Positions 16,714-25,883 of a stretch of DNA of 32,000 bases are shown piece after piece. This DNA is from Edaphobacter aggregans (lineage in GTDB: Bacteria; Acidobacteriota; Terriglobia; Terriglobales; Acidobacteriaceae). Position numbers and translations under genes: made by a program. The stretch is taken from contig NZ_RSDW01000001.1 in NCBI RefSeq assembly GCF_003945235.1, positions 3,210,001 through 3,242,000 on the forward strand, written 5' to 3'. Under the pieces are notes generated by a model. That model searched no databases and was not told the DNA's origin. It saw only the letters and a list, made by a program, of their open reading frames with translations. Within the stretch, counting starts at the first letter, position 1; each line of letters starts with the position of its first letter.

Positions 16714-18240
16714 ATGCAAGTATCAGGGCCCCTTTGCAGCAAATGCACCAAATATCTCTTAGGTCTGGCTATCGGGCTCACAACCATCGCAACCGTCACC
16801 GGAATCACCGGTTGCCGCCAAGCGTCCGATGCCACCACCGTAGCCGCTAGCACCGGCCCCGACCCCGCCGACGCTAACTTAGCCCCAGTCGGCTCCAATC
16901 AGTCGCAACAGCCAGCCCCGGCTCCAGCGCAAACAAATCCAGCGCCTGCGCGCGTCTTGGGTCAGCGCATCCAGAACGAGAGCCAGCAGACCGCCGAAGA
17001 GTATCCGCAAACTGAAGCCCAGCAGCCCGAAGCTGATCAATCAGCTCAGCCTCAACCGCAAAACCCAACCTACGATAACAACGACCAAACCTACGACGAT
17101 CAGGTTGCCGCCGGCCAGGCCGCGCTCGAAGCCGACCAGCCCCCACCGCCACTCCCCGTCTACGATCAACCCCCAGCCCCCGCGCCCAACTACCTCTGGA
17201 CCCCCGGCTACTGGGGCTACGCTCCCGCCGGCTACTACTGGGTTCCCGGGGCCTGGGTCGCCGCCCCCTATTACGGGGCCCTCTGGACCCCCGGCTACTG
17301 GTTCTTCTACGGCAACCGCTACCGCTTCCACCACGGCTTCTGGGGCCCGCACATCGGCTACTACGGAGGCATCAACTACGGCTTCGGATACACCGGCTAC
17401 GGCTATCACGGCGGCTACTGGAACGGAAACCGCTTCTACTACAACCGGGCCGTCAACCGCGTCAACGTTAACAACATCACTAACGTCTACAACCGAACCG
17501 TCGTCGTCAATAACAACACCCGCGTCTCCTACAACGGAGGCAGAGGCGGCATAACCGTCCGCCCACAACCCGCTGAACTTGCAGCCATGCGCGGCCCCCG
17601 CACCCCGCCAATGACAGCCCAGCTTCAAAACCAGCGCGAGGCCGCCCAGAACCACGCGCAGTTCTACGCAGCGAACCGAGGCCGTCCCTCCATCGTGGCA
17701 TCGCCACGTCCTTTCACCGCCGACCGCGGCGTCACGCCTCAGATTCGGCCAACGCCGGTCAATCAACCTCAGCCGCACACATTCCAGCCCGCCAGTCCGC
17801 AGCCCTCACGACCGGCTCAGCCACAGATTCAGGCCTACCACTCCACCCCGCAACCAAACGTCCGTCCCGCAACTCCGGCACCGCGGCCTCAGCCCGAAAC
17901 GCGCCCTGCTCCCGCGCAGTCCTACACTCACCCAGAGCCGACCCCTGAACACCCTCACTCCGAGCTCAGAGGACCCAACCCAACCGTACGACCCACATTC
18001 AATCCCGGCATCACCGAACCAACCCCACACCCTCAACCCGAGGTACGCCCAGCCCCGCAACCAAGACCAACGCCCGAGATACGTCCGGCTCCGCAGTCCA
18101 CTCCAAGGCCCGCACCCTATGTCTCTCAGCCAAGACCAACACCGCAGCCGCAGTATCATCCTGCACCGCAACCACAATCTCATTCCGCGCCACAGCCGCA
18201 TCAAGAGCAGTCTCACGGCGACGGACACCACCCTCGCTAG
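16714..18240 (+). CDS. WxPGxW (YXWGXW)-repeat, proline-rich lipoprotein
   Basis: Lipobox TGITGC. Q/P-rich spacer. Aromatic repeats YLWTPGYWGY, YYWVPGAWV, ALWTPGYWFF and GGYWNGNRFYY. Asn-rich segment VNRVNVNNITNVYNRTVVVNNNTRV. About 170-aa Pro-rich tail (RPAPQPRPTPEIRPAPQSTPRPAP...). Confidence 0.75.
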   Translation: MQVSGPLCSKCTKYLLGLAIGLTTIATVTGITGCRQASDATTVAASTGPDPADANLAPVGSNQSQQPAPAPAQTNPAPARVLGQRIQNESQQTAEEYPQTEAQQPEADQSAQPQPQNPTYDNNDQTYDDQVAAGQAALEADQPPPPLPVYDQPPAPAPNYLWTPGYWGYAPAGYYWVPGAWVAAPYYGALWTPGYWFFYGNRYRFHHGFWGPHIGYYGGINYGFGYTGYGYHGGYWNGNRFYYNRAVNRVNVNNITNVYNRTVVVNNNTRVSYNGGRGGITVRPQPAELAAMRGPRTPPMTAQLQNQREAAQNHAQFYAANRGRPSIVASPRPFTADRGVTPQIRPTPVNQPQPHTFQPASPQPSRPAQPQIQAYHSTPQPNVRPATPAPRPQPETRPAPAQSYTHPEPTPEHPHSELRGPNPTVRPTFNPGITEPTPHPQPEVRPAPQPRPTPEIRPAPQSTPRPAPYVSQPRPTPQPQYHPAPQPQSHSAPQPHQEQSHGDGHHPR

Positions 18241-18288
18241 CCGTACATTCGCTGGGAGACGCGGTACATCCGTGCCTCCCAGCGATCC

Positions 18289-18870
18289 TTAATCACCATC
18301 TACCCAAACCCGATCGCAAACCTCGCACCGCCACCTATTCGTAGGCTCGATCTCTTCCAACAGCGGATCAGCCGCCCCACACCCCGGACAAGTTGGTATT
18401 TCAAAATCCCCCACTTTCTCCGACTTCCGAAATTCTTCCGAGATCGGCTGCGCAAGAACTGTGGCCGCGCGTTCCGCATCATCCGGTGCGACTACGACGC
18501 GAGGTCCTCGCATGTCGAATTTGCGAGTCGCCTGCGATATCACCTGATTGCGAATCCCCGCAGATGCAAGAGCGGCACTAGCAGCCTCAGCGTCATCGAT
18601 TTCGGCAAACTCCCAAACGCAATCGTCAGGTGCGAGTTCAGCGAACTCAAAAAGACTTACTTCCCCTTCAGCCCTAGAAGATAGGTCGACAACGGGCTTT
18701 TTCACCTCAGGCGAAACAACCAACCTCCGCCGGGCAAGCTCGCCCTTCAAAGCCTCCTGAGCAGTCTCAGTAAGATCACCCACCTGACGCACCAGCGCAA
18801 TCAACTCATCATCGCCATACTCGCCATAAAGCCGCACTAGCTCGCTGTACTGTTCCGCATCACTGATCAA
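18289..18870 (-). CDS. DUF2007-like domain protein with C-terminal zinc ribbon
   Basis: The TTG at 18868-18870 is preceded by AGGAGG (18875-18880) at 4-nt spacing; the track start (GTG at 18903) has no RBS. Contains WEFAEIDDAEAASAALASAGIRNQV...RVVVAPDDAERAATVL and CPGCG...x18...CEVC. Confidence 0.6.
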   Translation of the reverse strand: MISDAEQYSELVRLYGEYGDDELIALVRQVGDLTETAQEALKGELARRRLVVSPEVKKPVVDLSSRAEGEVSLFEFAELAPDDCVWEFAEIDDAEAASAALASAGIRNQVISQATRKFDMRGPRVVVAPDDAERAATVLAQPISEEFRKSEKVGDFEIPTCPGCGAADPLLEEIEPTNRWRCEVCDRVWVDGD

Positions 18871-19014
18871 GCGTCCTCCTAAAGTGGTAGTCCGGAGCCT
18901 CACACAATGGTCTTTTTCTTGTCAAGAGCCGGAAACCTGTAACTCCATAAAAATGATGGAGATAAGCCCTGCCGAACAATTCGACCCCATTTGTTAAACT
19001 GGATATAGAACAGA

Positions 19015-19043
19015 AACAGCCCCGTTCAAAAGACGGGGTTGTT
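19015..19043 (-). terminator. hairpin downstream of the molybdoenzyme gene
   Basis: AACAGCCCCGT-tcaaaag-ACGGGGTTGTT. On the minus-strand RNA this gives a 6-bp GC core plus 4 outer pairs (one A/C mismatch), followed by UUUCUGUUCU. Confidence 0.5.
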
Positions 19044-19163
19044 CTCTTTAACCCTAAACACCATGAAAGGAGCAAGATGCCTCATGCCAAGTCCAGACCT
19101 AAGTCGCCTATCATGAAGACTTTGGATACTTCAGTACGGGGTAGGGGATACCTCGCCAGCACG

Positions 19164-21323
19164 TCACTCCGCCAACGAAGCCTTCCGCACCTCGACCAGC
19201 GTCGAGTAGAACGTAGCCCCGCCGCCAATATCCGTCAGCCGCTCACTCGTCAGCACATTCACGTTCGCCCCATCCCGCGAGAGCTTATTCCAATCTAGCC
19301 GAGCCGCCACCACCCCGGCCCCCACATGCCCATTCACCAGCGCCCGAAGAGCAATCTTCCCGCGCCCGTTGAACACCTCGACCTCATCCCCCGCGGTGAT
19401 CCCGCGAGCGGTCGCATCCGTCGTATGCATCTCCAGCACGCCCGCCGTCCGCAACTCCATCCGCTGATGCCCTGCCAAATTCGCAAACGTCGAGTTCATA
19501 TAGTTGTCCGCCTTCCGTGCCAGCAGCTCCAGCGGAAACTTCGCTGCATCCGCCCCACCTCGTGACTCCGTAGGCGCAACAAACACCGGCACAGGCGTCA
19601 GTTCACCTCGACCGCTAGGCGTCCTGAACCACTCCGCCGTTGAAAAGGGAAGCGTCACCCCATCCTTATTCACCGGCAACTGAAGTGGAACGTGACCCTC
19701 CTGCTCCAACCTCGCCCGAGTCATCCCCGCAAACCATGGATGATCGGTCGTCAGAGCCTGATCGATCAGCTCATCCTCGCGATCGTCAAAGCACTCCTCC
19801 GCAAACCCCATCCGCCGTCCCAGCTCACCGAACACCCGCACATTGTTCCGAGCCTCACCCAGCGGCTCAATCGCCCTGTTCGAAACCTGCGCGAACAGAT
19901 GCCCATACGCCCCCTGCACATCCTTAGTCTCCAAAAAAGTAGGTGCAGGCAGCAGCACATCCGCATAGTCCGCCGTATCCGTAAAGAACTGCTCATGCAC
20001 CACCATGAACATGTCGTCGCGCCGCATCCCCTCCAGCACATCGTTCTGGTTTGGAGCCACCGCCGCCGGATTCGAGTTGTAGACAAACATCGCCTTCACC
20101 GGAGGCCCACCAACCCCAGCATCGCCCATCGTTAAAGCCTGCCCCAACTGGCTCATATTCACCGTCCGAGCAACACGCCCCAACGGACTCTTCAACATCA
20201 ACTCCGGCATCTGCAGCGCATCCGAATTAAACGGAAACGACCCAGAAGTAGAAAGCTGCAACCCACCACCAACGTACTTCCAAGCCCCCGTCAGTAGCGG
20301 CAGCATGCACACCGCACGAGCCGCCGTCCCGCCATTCTCACTCCGCTGAATCCCATAGTTCAGCCGAATCGCCGCCGGTCTACTTCCATTCCGTCCCGCC
20401 GTCGCATAAGCCCGCGCCAGCGTCACAATCGTCTGCGCCGAAATCCCAGTAATCGCCGCTACCTTCTCCGGCGAGTTCTCCGGCTTCATCGCATGAACCT
20501 TCAGCTCCTCAAACCCCGTCGTGCACTGAGCAATGTACTCGCGATCCTCCAGCCCCATGCTCAGAATCACATGCATCAACCCAAGCGCCAGTGCCGTATC
20601 CGTCCCCGGATTGATCGCCAGATGCTCATCCGCCAGCGCAGCCGTCCGCGTCTTGTACGGATCAATCACCACCAGCCGCGCGCCACTCCGCCGAGCTTCC
20701 TCGATAAATGGCCACAGATGCACATTGTTCCCGTGGATATTCGCGCCCCACGCAATCACAAGCCCCGCATGAACAAAATCCTCGGGCCGCGTCCCCAGTT
20801 TGATCCCATACACATTCTTTAGTGCCGTCCCACCCGCCTCCGCGCAGATCGTCCGTGCCAACTGCGAAGCCCCCAGCCGATGGAAGAACCGCCGGTCCAT
20901 CGACCCATACCCCAGCTGTCCAATCGTCCCGGCGTAGCTGTACGGAAGAATGCTCTCCGGCCCAAACTCCTCCGCAATCTTCTTCAGCCGAGCCGCAATC
21001 TCATCCAGAGCCTCGTCCCACGTAATCCGCTCAAAAGCCTCAGCCTCGCGACCCTTAACCGCACCGTAACCGGCTGGCCCCTTCGGCACACCAGCCTTCC
21101 GCCGCATCGGATACAGCAGCCGATCCGGCGAATAAACCCGATCCAGATACTTCGCCACCTTCCCACACAAAAATCCACGCGTCACCGGATGCGAAGGATC
21201 CCCCTGCATCTTCACCGCGCGCCCGCTCAACTCATCGACCGTCACCAGCACACCGCACGAGTCCGGGCAGTCATGCGAGCACACCGCATGCACAACCCTC
21301 GTCCCGGCCAATTGCTCGCTCAT
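19164..21323 (-). CDS. molybdopterin (bis-MGD) oxidoreductase, DMSO-reductase superfamily, cytoplasmic
   Basis: N-terminal 4Fe-4S motif CSHDCPDSCGVLV...GFLCGK with no Tat signal. MopB core (IVIWGANI-type LVIAWGANIHGNNVHLW, VVIDPYKTRTA). C-terminal molybdopterin-binding barrel (LEMHTTDATARGITAGDEVEVFNGRG). Confidence 0.9.
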   Translation of the reverse strand: MSEQLAGTRVVHAVCSHDCPDSCGVLVTVDELSGRAVKMQGDPSHPVTRGFLCGKVAKYLDRVYSPDRLLYPMRRKAGVPKGPAGYGAVKGREAEAFERITWDEALDEIAARLKKIAEEFGPESILPYSYAGTIGQLGYGSMDRRFFHRLGASQLARTICAEAGGTALKNVYGIKLGTRPEDFVHAGLVIAWGANIHGNNVHLWPFIEEARRSGARLVVIDPYKTRTAALADEHLAINPGTDTALALGLMHVILSMGLEDREYIAQCTTGFEELKVHAMKPENSPEKVAAITGISAQTIVTLARAYATAGRNGSRPAAIRLNYGIQRSENGGTAARAVCMLPLLTGAWKYVGGGLQLSTSGSFPFNSDALQMPELMLKSPLGRVARTVNMSQLGQALTMGDAGVGGPPVKAMFVYNSNPAAVAPNQNDVLEGMRRDDMFMVVHEQFFTDTADYADVLLPAPTFLETKDVQGAYGHLFAQVSNRAIEPLGEARNNVRVFGELGRRMGFAEECFDDREDELIDQALTTDHPWFAGMTRARLEQEGHVPLQLPVNKDGVTLPFSTAEWFRTPSGRGELTPVPVFVAPTESRGGADAAKFPLELLARKADNYMNSTFANLAGHQRMELRTAGVLEMHTTDATARGITAGDEVEVFNGRGKIALRALVNGHVGAGVVAARLDWNKLSRDGANVNVLTSERLTDIGGGATFYSTLVEVRKASLAE

Positions 21324-21400
21324 CCTTCAATTCTAGCCCTCGGATACGCAAAACCACTCTCGGCATTTATGCTGCATGCACCAGGCATCACGCCAACTCC

Positions 21401-22009
21401 ATGCCCGAAAAGCTCTTCCCCACCACGCGCCTCGAAGCCTTCTCCGACGGAGTCCTCGCCGTCATCATCACCATCATGGTCCTCGAGCTCAAAGTCCCCG
21501 AACAAAATGGGCCCGCCGGTCTCCTCAAAATCGCCCCCATTCTCTTCATCTACTTCCTCTCCTTCACCTTCATCGGTATCTACTGGATCAACCACCATCA
21601 CCTCATCCACCGCACCGAGCAGGCCGACCACCGCGTTCTCTACTCCAACCTCGCCTTCCTCTTCTCTGCCTCGCTCCTGCCCTTCTTCACCGCCTACGTC
21701 ATCGAAAAGCACGCTGACTCTTTCTCGGTCGCACTCTACGCCGCGTCCATGATCGTCACCGGCATCACCTTCCTCCTGCTGCGCCTCGCCGTCGGCCGCC
21801 TGCTCAAACAAACCGGAGGACTCCAGCCCGAGGACATCGCCACCGAGCGCAAGCACTACGCCAGCCTCGCTCTCTACCTCATCGCCATTCCGCTCGCACA
21901 CTTCCACCCTTACCTCGCGCTCACTGCCATCACCCTCGTCACCGTCGTCTGGATCGTCCCCACCGCCGCAACACCTGCCTGTCCCGAAGACTCCACTTCA
22001 TACCGGTAA
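21401..22009 (+). CDS. TMEM175/DUF1211-family potassium channel
   Basis: Signature RLEAFSDGVLAVIITIMVLEL at the N-terminus, followed by six hydrophobic helices. Confidence 0.85.
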   Translation: MPEKLFPTTRLEAFSDGVLAVIITIMVLELKVPEQNGPAGLLKIAPILFIYFLSFTFIGIYWINHHHLIHRTEQADHRVLYSNLAFLFSASLLPFFTAYVIEKHADSFSVALYAASMIVTGITFLLLRLAVGRLLKQTGGLQPEDIATERKHYASLALYLIAIPLAHFHPYLALTAITLVTVVWIVPTAATPACPEDSTSYR

Positions 22010-22088
22010 CTTCTTCACCCTTTGACTCTTCATCAACCCAAGCCCACACATTTGCTACAGTTGTCGATAGATCCCCTGAGGTGACCCT

Positions 22089-22562
22089 GTGCGCTTCCGC
22101 CCCGCCGTCCTCGCCCTCGTTCTGCTGCTTCCCTTTGCCACCACCTGCCGCTCGTTCGCACAGGATGACCAGCTCAAGCCCGTCCCCAAGGAGCAACTCG
22201 ACGTCATCAAGGTCCTCCTCGCCCAGGAGGCCGCCTGGAACAATGGCGATCTCGAAACCTTCACCCAGTCCTACAAAAACTCCCCCGATATCCTCTTCGT
22301 CACCACCAACATGGTCAACCGCGGATTCGAAGGCATGCTCGAAGCCTACCGCCGCAACTATCCCAACAGAGCCGCCATGGGCAACCTCAGCTTCTCCGAG
22401 CTCGAGGCCCACCCCCTCGACGAAAAATTCGCCGTAGTCCTAGGTAAATACCACCTCGACCGCAGCAAAAAAGACGGCGGCAACGCCGAAGGCCGCTTCT
22501 CCCTGGTCCTCGAAAAAACCGACAAAGGCTGGAAGATCATAGTCGACCACACGACCGGCTAG
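22089..22562 (+). CDS. secreted SnoaL-like / DUF4440 (NTF2-fold) protein
   Basis: GTG start and signal peptide MRFRPAVLALVLLLPFATTCRSFAQ. NTF2-like pattern EAAWNNGDLETF...AVVLGKYHL...GRFSLVLEKTDKGWKIIVDHT. Confidence 0.7.
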   Translation: MRFRPAVLALVLLLPFATTCRSFAQDDQLKPVPKEQLDVIKVLLAQEAAWNNGDLETFTQSYKNSPDILFVTTNMVNRGFEGMLEAYRRNYPNRAAMGNLSFSELEAHPLDEKFAVVLGKYHLDRSKKDGGNAEGRFSLVLEKTDKGWKIIVDHTTG

Positions 22563-22599
22563 GCCTACTCCTCCCAGCCCATAAGTCGTCGTTCTTGCC

Positions 22600-22695
22600 T
22601 CTCTTGCTTGTCATCACCAAAGACAATCTGCTGTTGTCATCGCTTTTGTTTGTCATTCTGACCCTGAGCGAAGCCGAAGGGGACCCTTGCCATCC
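22600..22695. repeat. REP-like intergenic element between convergent genes
   Basis: Three TTGTCAT(C/T) copies, followed by the core CCCTGAGCGAAGCCGAAGGG (22662-22681). A related core, CCCTGAGCCAGCTGAAGGG..GGAGCGAAGAATCC, occurs at 29058-29090. Confidence 0.35.
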
Positions 22696-23907
22696 CTACT
22701 TGCCCACAATCAATAAAGTAGCCCCATGCTTAGGAAGCCAATCCCTCACCACCCCTGTCCGCCGTCCAAGATCCTTCCCCTTCCAGACATCCCGCACATT
22801 CGCTCCATCCTTAAACCCAATCTGAGCCAGATCCACCGTAACCTCCCGATTACTCCAACTCCGATTGAACATCCCCACCGCCACCCGCCCACCACTCAGC
22901 GGCTTCGTCCAAACATCCAGATCCCCGCTCTGAAACAACCGATCTCCCTGCCTCCCCAGAACATCCTGATCAATCGCAATCGCGTCCTTGTTCATCAGGA
23001 TGTTCTTGTCCACCTCGCTCATCTTGCTCAAGTCATTCCCAGCCAGCAGCGGAGCAGCCAGAATCACCCACAAACTCATATGCGTCTTATATTCGTCCGT
23101 GGTCATCCCGCCATTACCCACCTCAAGCATGTCCGGATCGTTCCAATGTCCCGGCCCCGCATACTTCGCAAGCCCAGCCTGGCTGAACCCAATGGCGATC
23201 ATCCGCCCATACGTATCGTCGATATCATCCGTCGTCCGCCACATATTCGCGCCCAGCCCCGGCCCCCATGTCCACGGCTGCGCAACCCCGTACTGGCACA
23301 AGCTATAAAGTATTGGCCTTCCTGTAGCCTTCAATGCATCGCCCATCTTCCGATAAGCCGCAATCATCAGCTTATTCGCAGCCTCAGGATCATCCGGATG
23401 CTCCGCCTGCACCTTCTTCATGTTGTCTTCAAACGAGCACAGATCGTACTTCAAAAAATCCACTCCCCAGTCCGCATACATCTTCGCGTCCTGCGCCTCA
23501 TGGTCCAGACTCCCGGCATACTTACCGCACGTCTTCGCCCCCGGCGACGAATAAATCCCAAACTTCAACCCCTTCGAATGGATGTAGTCTCCCAGTGCCT
23601 TCATATCCGGAAAGCGCTTATTCGGATGCAGCACTCCCTGAGCATCCCGCTCGCCCTGCCAAGTGTCGTCGACATTCACGTAGACGTAGCCCGCATCGCG
23701 CATACCGGTGCTGACCATCATGTCCGCAGCCGAGCGAACATCGGCATCCGTCACACGCCCGGCAAAGTGATTCCAGCTGTTCCAGCCCATCGGTGGCGTA
23801 GCCGCAAGCTTCGTCTGGCCAAAAGCCGCAACGCCACACAACAAAACAGTCGTCGAAAGCACAGTAAAGATCCGCATCGCGAGTAAGCTCCGAAAGATCG
23901 ATTTCAA
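22696..23907 (-). CDS. alpha-galactosidase, glycoside hydrolase family 27 (secreted)
   Basis: PPMGWNSWNHF, YVYVNVDDTWQ, GLKFGIYSSPGAKTC, VDFLKYDLC, plus a C-terminal beta-sandwich. A signal peptide is present. Start is either TTG at 23907 or ATG at 23877 (MRIFTVLSTTVLLCGVAAFGQ). Confidence 0.9.
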   Translation of the reverse strand: MKSIFRSLLAMRIFTVLSTTVLLCGVAAFGQTKLAATPPMGWNSWNHFAGRVTDADVRSAADMMVSTGMRDAGYVYVNVDDTWQGERDAQGVLHPNKRFPDMKALGDYIHSKGLKFGIYSSPGAKTCGKYAGSLDHEAQDAKMYADWGVDFLKYDLCSFEDNMKKVQAEHPDDPEAANKLMIAAYRKMGDALKATGRPILYSLCQYGVAQPWTWGPGLGANMWRTTDDIDDTYGRMIAIGFSQAGLAKYAGPGHWNDPDMLEVGNGGMTTDEYKTHMSLWVILAAPLLAGNDLSKMSEVDKNILMNKDAIAIDQDVLGRQGDRLFQSGDLDVWTKPLSGGRVAVGMFNRSWSNREVTVDLAQIGFKDGANVRDVWKGKDLGRRTGVVRDWLPKHGATLLIVGK

Positions 23908-24040
23908 GCGCGCCTAAGCTTACCGCATTTCGCCTCTTCGCCATCGTCAAATAGCCGAAGCACACCAGCGGAGCAAATGCGCGGCCCCGTGCAAAAGCAT
24001 GGCAGCCGCGCACCTCACTAAGTCGACTTAACAGTACTGC

Positions 24041-24388
24041 TCAGGGCGTTAAGGTTAGCGTGTAGTTGTTGAAGTTCCCGGTGCAGATCTCCCGCATACC
24101 GACACGTCTCGCATCCGTGGAGCTCGTATTCGCACACCAATCGAAAGCAGTCGAAGGCACGAACTCCGTGATAGGGCCTGCCCACTGAGCGCCATTCGCC
24201 CCATGGGCATAATAGTAAGAACAAGCTTGTAGCGGGACGAGATCGCCCCCGTACACAACTTTGGATTGTCCCGGCGGAATCATCCACCAACCTTTTTTCT
24301 CCCAGTCTCCGCCATCCGGGCAATTGGGCCGACGCCACTCGAACATGGCCCAGATCGTCGTTTGAGTCCCATTAGCAATTCTGAACAT
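24041..24388 (-). CDS. DUF1036-like small protein (4 Cys, no signal peptide)
   Basis: Strong RBS GAGGAGGAAG. FRIANGTQTTIW...KKGWWMIPPGQSKVV...YYYAHGANGAQWAG...FDWC...F resembles the DUF1036 pattern (CN.T...v....GWW.i.pg.c...yy.A...g..W.G) as I remember it. Codon usage is atypical for a minus-strand gene here. Confidence 0.6.
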   Translation of the reverse strand: MFRIANGTQTTIWAMFEWRRPNCPDGGDWEKKGWWMIPPGQSKVVYGGDLVPLQACSYYYAHGANGAQWAGPITEFVPSTAFDWCANTSSTDARRVGMREICTGNFNNYTLTLTP

Positions 24389-24444
24389 GGCTCTTCCTCC
24401 TCGGGATAGTGTTCGTTGAGCACGTCTACGTATTACGACCTGAT

Positions 24445-24687
24445 TTACTTTTCCAGATCATGAGTAGGGGAACGCCTCGCGATTCCAGAACCCCCGGAGG
24501 CGTGTGGGCTGGCGCTATATTCCTCCACTCCCGGCTTGGCAGAGGAAGACCCACCACCACCGTCTGCCGAGCGGGCGGCCACCTCGGATGGTTCCGTTTC
24601 ACCAAGACCCACCACCCCGTCCGCACCCGCTTGCGATGCTTTCAGGGGGCCGGTCAGATTTTCGTACACTCGTATTTTTTCTGACAT
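24445..24687 (-). CDS. possible small disordered protein upstream of the DUF1036-like gene
   Basis: ATG with an AGGAGA RBS at about 7 nt spacing, 57 nt upstream of the next gene. The product is Gly/Ser/Ala-rich with no recognisable domain. Competing ORFs overlap it in other frames. Confidence 0.35.
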   Translation of the reverse strand: MSEKIRVYENLTGPLKASQAGADGVVGLGETEPSEVAARSADGGGGSSSAKPGVEEYSASPHASGGSGIARRSPTHDLEK

Positions 24688-24890
24688 TCTGGTTCTCCTG
24701 TCTCGGAAAAATTGATGCTGGCCGGGACGCTATACCTGCTCAAAAGTTGTGTCAACAAAGCCTGCAAGTCGCGCTGCAACGTGTTTTGAATCAGAGCACG
24801 GTGATTTTGCTCAATCGGTATCCAATGGCTTCGATACACATAAAAATCATCGTTCCGCGTTAGTATCGTTCCAGAACAAGAGAGATCTGC

Positions 24891-25847
24891 ATGAACACTT
24901 TGCGAACCGTTAGCCGCCGCCGTTTCCTTACCGCCACTGCCGTCACGGCCACTGCCGCATACATCACTCCCCGTAGTCTCTTCGCCCAGACCCAGCAACC
25001 CGAGATGGTCATCAAGGGCCGCGAGACCGCCGTCAAGGCCAAGATCACCACCCAGAAGCTCCGCGGCGACGTCAGCGTCCTCCTCGGCTCCGGAGGCAAC
25101 ATCGCCGTCCTCGCCGCCAAAGAAGGCAAGCTCCTCGTCGACGCAGGCATCTCGACCTCCCGCCCTCAAATCACCGAAGCCCTCGCCGCCATCAACGCCG
25201 ACCCCATCCGCATCCTCATCAACACCCACTGGCACTGGGACCACACCGACGGCAACGAGTGGGTCCACTCCGTCGGCGCCACCATCTGGGCCCACGAAAA
25301 CACCCGCTACCGCATGTCATCCCCGCAACACATCGACTTATTCAACGCCACCTTCCCGGCCGCGCCCGTCGGAGCCCTTCCCACCATCCTCTTCAACCCG
25401 TCCCGCACCATCAGCGACAGCATAAGCACCCTCGAGCTCTCCCACTACGATCCCGCCCACACCGACACCGACATCTCCGTCCACTTCCTCGAAGCCGACA
25501 TCCTCCACACCGGCGACACCTGGTTCAACGGCGCCTACCCCTTCATCGACTACTCCACCGGTGGCAACATCGACGGCATGATCGCCGCCACCAAGCGCAA
25601 CCTCGCCACCGGAACCAACTCGACCACCGTCATCCCCGGCCACGGTCCTGTCGGCAATAAGCAACAGCTCTCCGACACCCTCGACATGCTCTCCGCCATC
25701 CGCGACAAAGTCGCCGACCTCAAAAAACAGGGCAAATCTATCGACGAAGTCATAGCAGCCAAGCCCACCGCTCAGTTCGACGGCAAATTCTCCAAAGGCT
25801 TCGTCACTCCCGAAATGTTCACCCGCCTCGTCTATCAAGGCGTCTAG
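24891..25847 (+). CDS. Tat-exported MBL-fold metallo-hydrolase
   Basis: Twin-arginine signal SRRRFLTATAVTATAAY..LFAQ. HxHxDH motif NTHWHWDHTDGN. Downstream His/Asp ligands (PAHTDTD, HTGD, PGHG). Confidence 0.85.
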   Translation: MNTLRTVSRRRFLTATAVTATAAYITPRSLFAQTQQPEMVIKGRETAVKAKITTQKLRGDVSVLLGSGGNIAVLAAKEGKLLVDAGISTSRPQITEALAAINADPIRILINTHWHWDHTDGNEWVHSVGATIWAHENTRYRMSSPQHIDLFNATFPAAPVGALPTILFNPSRTISDSISTLELSHYDPAHTDTDISVHFLEADILHTGDTWFNGAYPFIDYSTGGNIDGMIAATKRNLATGTNSTTVIPGHGPVGNKQQLSDTLDMLSAIRDKVADLKKQGKSIDEVIAAKPTAQFDGKFSKGFVTPEMFTRLVYQGV

Positions 25848-25883
25848 ACCGCTCCGGCTCGTCGATTCCGACAGGCACGGCGA

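Noticed and set aside
19077-19298. 73-aa + strand ORF with a very good RBS (AAAGGAG, 4-nt spacer, ATG).
   Set aside because: Two thirds of it runs antisense through the C-terminal barrel of the molybdoenzyme. The product is Arg-rich with no hydrophobic core or motif. The RBS-like string is most simply a coincidence in the intergenic region.
20880-21752. Long alternative-frame or antisense ORFs in GC-rich coding regions. Examples: 20880-21752 (290 aa), 24654-25295 (213 aa), 17041-17778 (245 aa), 21320-21907 (195 aa), 13781-14512 (243 aa), 9671-10393 (240 aa), 22726-23886 (386 aa).
   Set aside because: Each lies entirely within or opposite a gene with clear family motifs. Their products are Arg/Pro/His- or Gly/Asp/Val-rich low-complexity strings typical of off-frame translation of high-GC DNA, and they lack RBS support.
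22595-22825. 76-aa ORF spanning the REP-like element (…VILTLSEAEGDPCHPYL…), and the similar ORF 27762-27965 across the 17-bp hairpin.
   Set aside because: The coding potential derives from repeat or hairpin sequence between convergent genes. They overlap the 3' ends of well-supported genes and have no RBS.
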